NCBI GenBank assembly: GCA_964590575.1
Contig: CAZPWM010000013.1
Span: 1 to 51,153, forward strand
Length of the DNA stretch: 51,153 nt
Direction of reading: 5' to 3'
Source of the DNA: an uncultured archaeon
GTDB taxonomy: Archaea > Asgardarchaeota > Thorarchaeia > Thorarchaeales > Thorarchaeaceae
Below are positions 8,924 through 18,300 of this stretch, piece after piece. Numbering within the stretch: position 1 is the stretch's first letter; each line of letters opens with the position of its first letter. The position numbers and the translations under genes were made by a program. The notes below the pieces were generated by a model. The model worked only from the letters and a program-made list of their open reading frames with translations. It was not told where the DNA came from and did no database searches.

Positions 8924-9661
8924 GTGGGCGTCAAGGAGAGAAAGCGAGAGAAGAAGCAAACAGAGGAATCAACAAAACCCGCTGAACAGGGACAGGTTGA
9001 ATCATCTCCAAGCAGCAAAGAAATCGTAATTGAGGACGAGGTTCATTCCCCAGAGGTTGTTGTTGAGGTCAAAGAAACCGTGATGACTTCAGAACCGGAT
9101 CAACTAGTTGAAACTGCAAATGAAACAGCGCCAGAGAGCACTGTGAACGAACTTGATATCGCAATGCCCAGTTGGGGAAGTGTCGAAGAAACAGAATGGA
9201 TGTACGGAATCCCAACTAGAGCGGAAGATAGAGAACTCTGGGCAATGGAATGGGCGGACTACCTATTAGAATGGGCAGAGAACAAGAAAGTACACATTCT
9301 CTCATTGGCGGCCTTCATCAGTGAACCACCATTTAAGGATTTGAGAAATAAGGTAGACTCATTCAAGGCGATTGCTGCAGTCCTTGTAGACAAAGAAGTG
9401 GCTGAATGGCAAGATAAGAAAAAAAGACAACTAAGAGTCTATTGGCGACCTCTTGAGGATTGGGCAGACATTCTATACCAATGGTCACTCAAGACAGGAA
9501 AACTCAGACTTGATGTGAAATCTATTATCATTCAAGAAATTGATGAGGATTTTGCAAGTCTTCCGGAGAAAGACATACACATTGTTTTGGCTCTAATGGT
9601 GAAGAAAGGACTGGCTGAATGGATAGATGAGAAAAGGGGAGCTATTTTGATTTCTACTTAG
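8924..9661 (+). CDS. vps25: ESCRT-II Vps25-like protein with acidic, low-complexity N-terminal extension
   Basis: Vps25-like Trp pattern W..EWADYLLEW, AEW......RVYWRPLEDWADILYQW and a second winged helix ending LMVKKGLAEW; 3 nt downstream of vps4. Confidence 0.85.
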   Translation: MGVKERKREKKQTEESTKPAEQGQVESSPSSKEIVIEDEVHSPEVVVEVKETVMTSEPDQLVETANETAPESTVNELDIAMPSWGSVEETEWMYGIPTRAEDRELWAMEWADYLLEWAENKKVHILSLAAFISEPPFKDLRNKVDSFKAIAAVLVDKEVAEWQDKKKRQLRVYWRPLEDWADILYQWSLKTGKLRLDVKSIIIQEIDEDFASLPEKDIHIVLALMVKKGLAEWIDEKRGAILIST

Positions 9662-9663
9662 AA

Positions 9664-10422
9664 TTAATACATCCCGCTTGATTTTGTATCATTATTATCC
9701 CGAGCCCTGAGTCCTGGGAAGTAATAGCGACCACCTGTTGAGAACCGGATGTCTGCAACAGCCATCCCAGTTTCTACCAAACTGGATAGGACTTGCCGTG
9801 CATGATCTTCGGACCATTTGAGTTCCATAATGAGTTCCTCTACAGAAACATACCCTTTTGATGCTGCTAAGTTGATAACATCAGCTTGGTCTCTTCGTAG
9901 TTCAAGTGGTCGTAGTTCTACAACTTTCACTCCGCCTCTTAGAGTCCGTATTCCGGGAATGAGTCCGTTTTTAGCGACACGATTCACAGATTCTATGACA
10001 TCATTGTATGTCACAGATTCGATTTCAGGGAGACGTCGAACAACCTCAACTATTAGTTCTGCTAGACCCATAAGTCCCTTTGACGAGTGCTCAGTTGCAA
10101 CATCAAGTATTGCCAATCCAATATAGTCATAGTATTGGTCCATCGTCATACCCTGAGGCGATTGCCTTTGAGCATGACTTTCAAGCCGAAGCAGAGTGGT
10201 TGCTTCAGGAAAAGTTTCGAGGATTCGTTCACCAGATACAAATGTACCAATGTCAAGACCCATACGTCGCAGATTCTCAATCTGGGATTGAACATCTTGG
10301 AGAAGAGCTTGCGACTCTCTTTGAAAAGAACGAATATCAACCGCACCGAGGTCATAGAGTTTCTTCAATTGGTCTAACGTGGCGATTGATGCGTAGAGTT
10401 CTGAATGAAGGCGCTCGTGCAT
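9664..10422 (-). CDS. ESCRT-II Vps22/Vps36 (EAP30)-like protein fused to an N-terminal Vps28-N-like domain
   Basis: C-terminal tandem winged helices (YYDYIGLAILDV...GLMGLAEL; PLELRRDQADVI..A..KGYVS....LKWS......L..LVETG). N-terminal ELYASIATLDQLKKLYDLGAVD..SF......LL resembles the Vps28 N-terminus. Confidence 0.8.
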   Translation of the reverse strand: MHERLHSELYASIATLDQLKKLYDLGAVDIRSFQRESQALLQDVQSQIENLRRMGLDIGTFVSGERILETFPEATTLLRLESHAQRQSPQGMTMDQYYDYIGLAILDVATEHSSKGLMGLAELIVEVVRRLPEIESVTYNDVIESVNRVAKNGLIPGIRTLRGGVKVVELRPLELRRDQADVINLAASKGYVSVEELIMELKWSEDHARQVLSSLVETGMAVADIRFSTGGRYYFPGLRARDNNDTKSSGMY

Positions 10423-10503
10423 TGGAGGGTATTCCTTAGTTTTCTGACCTGCACTAGGCTGGTAAATGTATTAGACTGATTTGGGCTTTAAGAGCGCGTA
10501 TTA

Positions 10504-11862
10504 TCAGGGTGTCAGCCGGTCGCGATCACGAGGCAGAAGTGTTGCCTCCCGGATATTTTCAATACCCAGGAGCTGCATGGTCATTCGTTCAACACCTAGT
10601 CCTAAACCACCATGCGGTGGAGCCCCATATTTGAAGGGATCCAGATAGAACGCAAAGTGTTCCGGATCAAAATCTTTAGCTTTGAACCGCTCAACTAGCA
10701 AATCATAAAGATGGATGCGCTGACCACCTGTTGTAATCTCCATCCCCTTGTAGGTTAAATCAAAACTCTCAGTCATGCCCTCATCAGTAAGACTGGGCAT
10801 TGTGTAAGCAGGTCGAAGCTCTAAAGGATAATGGGTGATGAACACCATATCGGTTCCATACTTCTCAGGAAATATTTCGCCCAAAATACGTTCGCACTCA
10901 GGATCTAAGTCATCTGTTATCGTCAGGTTCTTTCCTGCCTCATTGACAAGTTCAATGGCTTCTGTGTATTTTATTCTCTTGAAGGGAACCTTTGGAACCT
11001 CTAGGTCAACTCCAAGAATCTCAAGTTCTGCAGCGGCGTGCTTCTTGGTCAGCTTGAAAGAGTGATGGAGCATGTTTTCCTCCATTTTCATAACATCTTC
11101 AACACCACTGATCCAAGCCATTTCATAGTCAAAGGAAGTGTATTCGTTGACGTGTCGGCGTGTGTTATGTTTCTCAGCCCTGAACACTGGTGCAATCTCA
11201 TAGACTCTACCAAACCCAGCTAAAAGCATAAGCTGTTTGTAGAACTGCGGGCTCTGGGCAAGGTATGCTTTCCTCTCAAAATATTTGACCTCGAAGAGAT
11301 TCGCACCACCCTCTGTAGCTTCAGCAACAAGCTTTGGTGTGTGAATCTCAACAAAGTCATTGCTCTCTAGGAAAGCCCTAGCAAACCGAACTAGATTGTG
11401 CTGAACCTTGAAGATTGAATTGATTGATGGCTTTCTGAGGTCGAGAATTCGATGATTTAATCGAGTATCAAGTTCGATGTCAGTCTTGCCCTCTACAACA
11501 TCTATAGGGAGCCGTTCGGCAGTGTTGATTATCCTAATCTTCTTTGGAATCACTTCGACACCTGATTCAACCTGTTGGGTTGCCACGACCTTACCAGTGA
11601 CAGAAACCGCGGTCTCAGGTTTCAGTAATTCTGAAGTCTTGAAGACATCTTCTGGCACCATTTTCTGAGGAATGGTGATCTGTATGGTCCCACGTTCATC
11701 TCTAAGAATGAGGAACTTGATTTTCCCCTTATCTCTCAGGATGTGTGTCCAACCCATTAGGACTACTTCAGTCCCAGCCAGTTCAGCGGTTATCTCACTA
11801 CTGAAGTGAGTCCGAACTTCATCACCAATTGGTTCAGTGCCTGCAGCTTTGTAGAAATCCAT
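10504..11862 (-). CDS. aspS: Aspartyl-tRNA synthetase, archaeal/eukaryotic type, possibly non-discriminating
   Basis: OB-fold N-terminus, ATEGGA, YLAQSPQFYKQ, FRAEKHNT.RH, EITTGGQRIH, YGAPPHGGLGLGVER, PRDRDRLTP. Confidence 0.96.
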   Translation of the reverse strand: MDFYKAAGTEPIGDEVRTHFSSEITAELAGTEVVLMGWTHILRDKGKIKFLILRDERGTIQITIPQKMVPEDVFKTSELLKPETAVSVTGKVVATQQVESGVEVIPKKIRIINTAERLPIDVVEGKTDIELDTRLNHRILDLRKPSINSIFKVQHNLVRFARAFLESNDFVEIHTPKLVAEATEGGANLFEVKYFERKAYLAQSPQFYKQLMLLAGFGRVYEIAPVFRAEKHNTRRHVNEYTSFDYEMAWISGVEDVMKMEENMLHHSFKLTKKHAAAELEILGVDLEVPKVPFKRIKYTEAIELVNEAGKNLTITDDLDPECERILGEIFPEKYGTDMVFITHYPLELRPAYTMPSLTDEGMTESFDLTYKGMEITTGGQRIHLYDLLVERFKAKDFDPEHFAFYLDPFKYGAPPHGGLGLGVERMTMQLLGIENIREATLLPRDRDRLTP

Positions 11863-11943
11863 CCGTCATGCCTCAGTCTGAGTTCAATCAGCAGGTGTTG
11901 GAGTGCATTATGAGCCTTTTGGAAACACTCAGAAATTGGAGTT

Positions 11944-11979
11944 GAAGATGGTCTGGGAGGTTTCCCAGACATCATCTTC
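11944..11979. terminator. Strong hairpin between the wHTH gene and aspS; terminator or leader structure
   Basis: GAAGATG-GTCTGGGA-ggtt-TCCCAGAC-at-CATCTTC: 15 bp stem with a 2-nt bulge, 17 nt past the wHTH stop. There is no clear U-tract. Confidence 0.5.
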
Positions 11980-11995
11980 TGAATCACTGTTCCCA

Positions 11996-12229
11996 TTACA
12001 TGGGTGCCTGAACCAGCTCATAGACCCTCTCCCTCGCGTCGCCCTCATGTTCTTCTTCCCGAATAAGACCTAGAGCCTTCAGTCTACTGAGACCATAGTT
12101 CACAGTTCTAGGAGGAAGATATGTGTTGCTAATCAAGTCTTGCCGGGACATTCGTCGCCGGTCCCTAAGCAGCACGTAGAGAAACTTCGCAGAAGGAGGT
12201 AGAGACAAGAATGAGCGTCTGGCAAACAT
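11996..12229 (-). CDS. Small winged-helix DNA-binding protein (MarR/TrmB-like)
   Basis: LPPSAK.....L.....MS..DL...T.L..RTV.Y.L.RL...GLI.......DAR..VYEL pattern typical of small archaeal wHTH proteins; GGTGG SD-like motif upstream. Confidence 0.85.
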   Translation of the reverse strand: MFARRSFLSLPPSAKFLYVLLRDRRRMSRQDLISNTYLPPRTVNYGLSRLKALGLIREEEHEGDARERVYELVQAPM

Positions 12230-12348
12230 GATCCCACCGTAAGATTGTTACCATGTATCATATACCTCCGTATCGTTTCGATTTCTAGTTGTAGGTTTAT
12301 TGATAAGCCTTGGCATCAGAGAACTTTGTATATTGAGGAGCTGACTCT

Positions 12349-13008
12349 ATGACGATTTCCAGTGTCCAACTGAATATCAAGGGATATGGTGGTAGACATT
12401 TGAAAAATAGACTCTTAAAACAGTCTGTTGATACTCAAGAAGTTGCTCTCATTTTCCCAGGATTGGCATATAATTCCAATATGCCACTTCTTCATTATTC
12501 AATTGAGACCATTCTTACTAGTGGCATCAATGTACTCACCGTAGATTATGATTATTCTAACAATCCTGAATTCTTGAAACAGGTGCAAAGTACGAGGTCA
12601 GATTGGCTGATTGAAGACGTAGAATCTGCTTTTAATGTCATAACTGAGGAAGAGAATCAAAAAGTAGTTTGTTTGACTGGTAAATCATTGGGAACAATAG
12701 CATTGGGACATTTACTTGAAACACATGAAGAATTAAGGGATGCCAAAACCATTTGGTTAACCCCTTTGATCAAGAATCCTCAACTTCTGGAGCAGATGTT
12801 GAAATATATGAAAGATGCAGTTCTGGTCATAGGAACTGAAGATCCCCAGTATGATCGGGACACCGTCGATCGTTTGAACGCATCTACTCAACTGAGGGGG
12901 ATAATTATAGATGGAGCAAATCATAGCCTTGAGATAGAGGGAGATGTTACCCAATCATTGAGGGTGCTTATGCAAATTGTTGCCATTTTGCAGCAGTTCC
13001 TAGCTTGA
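12349..13008 (+). CDS. Alpha/beta hydrolase
   Basis: FPG..Y oxyanion region, GKSLG nucleophile elbow, GTED acid and GANHSL histidine; GAGGAG SD. Confidence 0.9.
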   Translation: MTISSVQLNIKGYGGRHLKNRLLKQSVDTQEVALIFPGLAYNSNMPLLHYSIETILTSGINVLTVDYDYSNNPEFLKQVQSTRSDWLIEDVESAFNVITEEENQKVVCLTGKSLGTIALGHLLETHEELRDAKTIWLTPLIKNPQLLEQMLKYMKDAVLVIGTEDPQYDRDTVDRLNASTQLRGIIIDGANHSLEIEGDVTQSLRVLMQIVAILQQFLA

Positions 13009-13019
13009 ACAAGGGAACT

Positions 13020-14291
13020 CTAGTGTGTAGGAACATACTGTTCAGTCGCAGGCATACTTGGTCGTTCATTGGATTGCCAAAAGTCCACAATCTTGTTCAA
13101 TAGTTCAGAGATTCCCTGTCCGGTTATAGTTGAAGCTTCAATGAAAAATAGTGGATGAGATTGTCCATTTTCACCCAGAGTCTTTGCAACCTTGTCACAA
13201 TAATCACGAGCTTCTTCTGTTGAAACAGGAACATCCACTTCATCATCCTCGTCGTCATAAACTGGATGATCACGAAGATCTGTCTTGTTTCCAACTATAA
13301 TTATCGGTGGAGGAATCAAGAAAGCATTGGATACTTCCCGCACCCAGAAATCAAGACTATCGAAGCTCCATCTATCAGCAACCGAATAAACAAGTACTAC
13401 AATTCCTGAACCTGTGTAGAATTCTGTCTTGGGCACTTTGGCGTCCATACTCTTCGGGAATGTCCAGGCATCAACTCGAACATTTGTTCCATTGTGCTCA
13501 ACTATGTTGCTGAATGTGAAAGGTTTGGTAGGTGGAAGGTTAAGAGAGGAGTAATCATTTCCAAGTTTCAGATTGCACTCAAAGATTATACTATTAACTC
13601 CAACTCCTTCCTCGCCGAGGAATAAGACCTTCAGGTCAAATAAGTCTGAGATGTCTTCAGCTGAGGGTTTCATCTCTTGAGATACATCTTCTATGGATGC
13701 TATAACTTCAGGTTCATCCCAAATGAATTTCACAGGCGTAGCTTCATCAGTATCATCAGAAGATTGTGTTCGTGGTGTTGGAGTACTTGTCGGAATATTT
13801 TCCGAGTGGAAGGAGTAAACTAACTCTTTGACTTCATCGCTGCGAGGAACATCCCATATGCTCATTGTCTGTGGAGCGGGAGTTTCTGTGCTCAGGCCTT
13901 CAAGTTCAGGGGAGGAATCAATTAGGTTACTTTCGTCATCATGAGCAATCTTGAATTTACCAGTTGGGGAGAGGAATTCATCCTTCAGCGAATCAAGCAT
14001 ATTCAAAGCTCGGGATAGCTCAAGAAGGTCATCCTTTGTTAGCTCATCCTCCCCAGGAATCACATCAACCTCAGGAAGGCCAACTCTTTTCAACATGAAT
14101 TTGAGAATAGGTTGAGGAACATTGAACCCTCGAAGATAAGCGAATCGTTGCACTTCCTCCATAATTTCTTTGAAGGATCTACCAGAGAACTCGAGTCTTC
14201 GAGTGACAGCGGGGTCTGTAATGTATAAACGCTTGGCCTTGAGACTTACATCAATGTTGGTCCCTGGGATTTGCATCTTTACGACAACCAC
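13020..14291 (-). CDS. Rab/Ras-like small GTPase domain protein with long N-terminal extension and degenerate G1/G3
   Basis: LKVLFLGEEGVGVNS (G1), VLVYSVADRWSF..L..W, IIVGNKTDL (G4), FIEAS..TGQGI.EL (G5). About 235 aa precede the G domain. Confidence 0.85.
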   Translation of the reverse strand: MVVVKMQIPGTNIDVSLKAKRLYITDPAVTRRLEFSGRSFKEIMEEVQRFAYLRGFNVPQPILKFMLKRVGLPEVDVIPGEDELTKDDLLELSRALNMLDSLKDEFLSPTGKFKIAHDDESNLIDSSPELEGLSTETPAPQTMSIWDVPRSDEVKELVYSFHSENIPTSTPTPRTQSSDDTDEATPVKFIWDEPEVIASIEDVSQEMKPSAEDISDLFDLKVLFLGEEGVGVNSIIFECNLKLGNDYSSLNLPPTKPFTFSNIVEHNGTNVRVDAWTFPKSMDAKVPKTEFYTGSGIVVLVYSVADRWSFDSLDFWVREVSNAFLIPPPIIIVGNKTDLRDHPVYDDEDDEVDVPVSTEEARDYCDKVAKTLGENGQSHPLFFIEASTITGQGISELLNKIVDFWQSNERPSMPATEQYVPTH

Positions 14292-14528
14292 GCTTTCCTC
14301 TTTATAATCGAATATATGATATATGAATAATAACTATTTTTATATATTAAAGGTTTTCTGACATCATTGAATGGCCGAAAAATAATATCTAGATACTCTT
14401 GAGAAAGCCAAGATGCAAGAGCAAGCAAACAAACTGAGCCCTAATACAAAGAAGGATGATATGAAGCGCCATATATTGAAATGTGAGAGATTCCTTTCTA
14501 TTTTTAGGATTTCCAGAATTAAACAAGT
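14292..14528. promoter_or_regulatory. AT-rich divergent promoter region
   Basis: Strongly AT-rich, with TTTATA/TTTTTATATA boxes (~14301, ~14337), between divergent GTPase-like and LRR genes. Confidence 0.4.
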
Positions 14529-15161
14529 GTGTTGAAAGTGATAGAAGTTATTGTCACCCTATCGGATGGTACTAACGAAGCAATTGCCATCGAAGCGCAT
14601 TCAAAGATAGTGAACCTTTCAAATCGTTCAATTATTACGGTCGATCTTACAGAACTCGATAATTTGGAGGGGCTTGAAGAGCTTATTCTAAGCGGGAATA
14701 GTCTAATGACCATTGATTTGACAGTGCTAGCTTTCAGTCCTGCAATTCGAACTATACTTCTAGATCATAACAATTTACAGATTTTAAACATAGATTCGTT
14801 AGGTTATTGCACAAATTTGGAGCAGTTTAATCTGAGTTCAAATCAACTCCTAAGAGTTGATCTCTCTGCAATTTCAGGGTGTAAGAACCTAGTATCTCTA
14901 AACTTGGAAAAAAATAAGCTCATGAATCTAGATGTTGCTCCCATCTCAAAATGTGCAAAATTAGAGGAACTAAACCTTCTTGAGAATCCACTCAAACGAC
15001 TAGATTTAACAGCTCTTTTCTCATGCGCGTCTCTCCGATCGCTGTTGATTCCAGAAGACACTAGGCTGATCTCAAAGAAAAAATTTGAGATTGAGATACT
15101 AAATCCTCCAGCACTCAACGAGCTGATGTCCAATGGGAGAATTGAATTCTCTTTAGATTAG
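14529..15161 (+). CDS. Leucine-rich repeat protein, predicted cytoplasmic
   Basis: About six 22-aa LxxLxLxxNxLxxxDL repeats (LEELILSGNSL, LEQFNLSSNQL, LVSLNLEKNKL, LEELNLLENPL); no signal peptide. Start uncertain. Confidence 0.9.
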   Translation: MLKVIEVIVTLSDGTNEAIAIEAHSKIVNLSNRSIITVDLTELDNLEGLEELILSGNSLMTIDLTVLAFSPAIRTILLDHNNLQILNIDSLGYCTNLEQFNLSSNQLLRVDLSAISGCKNLVSLNLEKNKLMNLDVAPISKCAKLEELNLLENPLKRLDLTALFSCASLRSLLIPEDTRLISKKKFEIEILNPPALNELMSNGRIEFSLD

Positions 15162-15341
15162 TTTAACACCCTTTCGTCAAAGCTATTGAATTTCTTATTG
15201 ATTCATAATTCTGATTGTGAATGTTCGAATTAGCGTCTAATACGACCAAAAATTGTATTAGAATATACTAGATTGTCTTATTTTTTAATAGTTTGATTGT
15301 TTTTTGGTCATTTGACGTGGTTATCTTAAGGAGCAGGTAGT

Positions 15342-18300
15342 ATGAAAAAGGAAATAGCCGCTTTAGCAATAGTATTCATTTTCTTAATTCCTTTAGCTAG
15401 TGGTCCTGCTCCTGAAGGGAGATTCCCTTACTTTGAGGGAGCTACATCTAAGGGAGATGATTTTCTTCTTAGTGATTGGCAGGATGGCACCTCGGGTAAT
15501 GGAGATCCTTTACTCGGGAACCTCAACGGGCTGAGAGTTGCTAGTGGAACATCTGTCATTGATTATACACATTCGGGTTATGTTGGCATTGATCCGCCCT
15601 TGGGGTGGAGTTCTGGAGAACTGGAAGGACAGCTTGACCATCTTTCCATGTGGGTGGATTCAGAACTTGTTAATCCAAGACTTGATACATATCACACTGA
15701 AAAGCGATTCTTCACTGGTTCTGACTCGCAGTATAATGGTGATGATTTCCGTGTCCCTGATGGTTGGACACTCGTGAAGAATGACATCCCCTCTGCTGGA
15801 ACTCAACATCCTGAGCACGGGTGCTTAGAGGTTAATTCCTATAGTGGAAATGGATATGATAGTACTATGGGCTGGAGGTTCGATGCCAATTATGGTAGTG
15901 GCGAAATTCTTAGTCCCTCGGTCGAGGTATATATGAACCAACTGATTGCAGCACCTTGGCGAGCGATATATTCTGCAGAAATCTCCTTCCGCTACTACGT
16001 TTCATCCGTATCCGTCATGGATGATGACTTCTACATTTTCACTAGATTAGAAAGCTACACTTCAAAACATCATGTGTTTGAATCAACCGACCCTACAGAA
16101 ACCTGGCTTGAAGCTACAGCATCTGTCCCATCTTCATTTCTAGAATATTTGGAAAATCCAAATTCACTGCTTTTTGACATAGGTCTTGGAACTGACCTAA
16201 GTGGCCTATCAGGTGCTTCGGATCACGAAGTGTATATTGATGAGATAGAGCTGAGGCTCTTTGTACGCCCATTCCCTGAACAGATTGATCTCCGCGCTAA
16301 TGGAGCTCAGGTGACCGGTTCAACTCAGGGTAGTGTGAGCCCGTATGTTCCTGACGGAGCTAACAGGGATTGCTATAGCTGGGAGGATGATGGAGGCGTA
16401 GATCTTGATGGTTATGGCAACAATGGTTGGTTAGAGGTTGGGGCGGATGCGCCAGCATATCCGGACTGGAGTACTGCTTCTTCATATCAGGTTGGGTTTC
16501 AATTCCCTCTTTATGTGTCCCAAGGAGCATCTATTACATCAGCATATATGAGAGTCGAAGCAGCAAGTGACTCAACTGGTTATCCTGGTATGCGTGTTTA
16601 TGTAGCAAATGAGGATAATGTAGCTGCATTCACAAATGGATACCCTACTCTCCCAGATAGGTATGACTGGGTGAATACAAGTATCTATTGGCGTCCAACA
16701 ACATGGACAGTCAATGGGAGGTATGATACACCGGATATTTCAGCCCTCATTCAGGATGTGGTTTCGAAACCGGGGTGGCAGAGCGGCAACTACATCTGTA
16801 TAATGCTAGATTATGCTTATTCAAACCAAGACTATACATATAATCAAATTAAAGGCTCAACAGGATTCACACAAGCAGATCTTGCTAGACTCTTTGTAGA
16901 TTTCATTGAAAAAGAGCCTAGTGACACAATACCTAGTTTCAGTTTCAACAAGAAGCTGGTCATTGACCATACCAAAGTCATTTCGGATCTTCAAGATTTC
17001 CCGGTTCTTATTGACATATGGGACGAGAATCTTCATCTGGATGCCCAGGCAGATGGCGATGACATTGCTTTCATGTACAATGGTCAAGTGATTGACCACG
17101 AAATTGAGTTATTCGAAAAACAGGGAAATGGAACTCATGCACATCTAGTCTGTTGGGCCAAAGTTCCTCATCTGTCATCATCTGAAGACACCACAATAAC
17201 AATGGTGTATGGTGATGACGATCTTGGAAGTCAAGAAAATCCGGAAGGTGTATGGGATTCTGGTTACTCAACAGTTTGGCATCTGAATGACAACCCAGCT
17301 CAGCCCCAATGGGTTTCTGCCTACGCCGATTACGTGCCGCATCAACCTCAGGTTCTAGATAGTACATCACCCATGACTGGTGGTACAACCTATGGGACAA
17401 TGACATCAACTGATAGTGTCAGTGGCCAAATCGGAAGTGCAATTGATCTTGAAGGCGTGAATGATTTTGTTGATTTCGGAGACCCAACGGAATTGCAGAT
17501 GGCTGGAGCATTCACAGTCGAAGCTTGGTTCAAGGCCGATTTCATAGATAATGACTATCTTGTTGTTAAGTCCGGTGAGAGTAACTACCGTGGTTGGGAT
17601 ATCAGTTTTGATGATGACTCTTCCATAAGTCCTGCGGGTTGGGTTATGTTTAGATTTAGTCCAGATGGGGTAAACACAAACATCGTGGGTTTTGAGCGTG
17701 TTGATACAGGTCAATGGTATCATGTTGTTGGAGTCTTCAATCCTTCAGTATCTGCAAGATTCTACCTAAATGGTGAACTAGTCGATGAGATGACGTCCGG
17801 TGTGCCAGCGTCCGTGAACGACCCAAGTCGCCCTGTTAGAATTGGTCGGAGATCCGATAATCCTGGAGGAACGTCATATCTTGATGCGATTGTTGATGAG
17901 GTACGGATTTCGAATGTTGCTAGGTCTGATGCTTGGATTAGGACGCAATATTACAATCAGAGAAATCCCGAGCTCTTCATCGCTGTTGACGAAGAAAGTG
18001 TCAACTTCCAGTATATGAAAGACATTACTATCAATCACAATGAAGTTGCATCTGACCTCAAGGGTTTCCCGGTATTGATTGACATCTTTGATGCTGACCT
18101 GCACACAAATGTCCAGTCAGATGGCGATGACATAATGTTCACCTCAAATGGAAGAAGTATTCCACATGAGATAGAACTGTTTGACCAACAATACAATGCT
18201 ACTCATGCACACCTGATTGCTTGGGTCAAAGCAGACCTTTCTTCTTCATCTGACACGATACTGACAATGTACTACGACAACCCATCAATAGGAAGCCAAG

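Noticed and set aside
11944-11979. SECIS-like reading (AUGA...AAA) of the hairpin on the minus strand
   Set aside because: No 3' GA partner, and neighbouring genes have no in-frame UGA.
11790-11996. 68-aa ORF bridging the wHTH gene and aspS
   Set aside because: Overlaps aspS out of frame, spans the hairpin and has no motifs.
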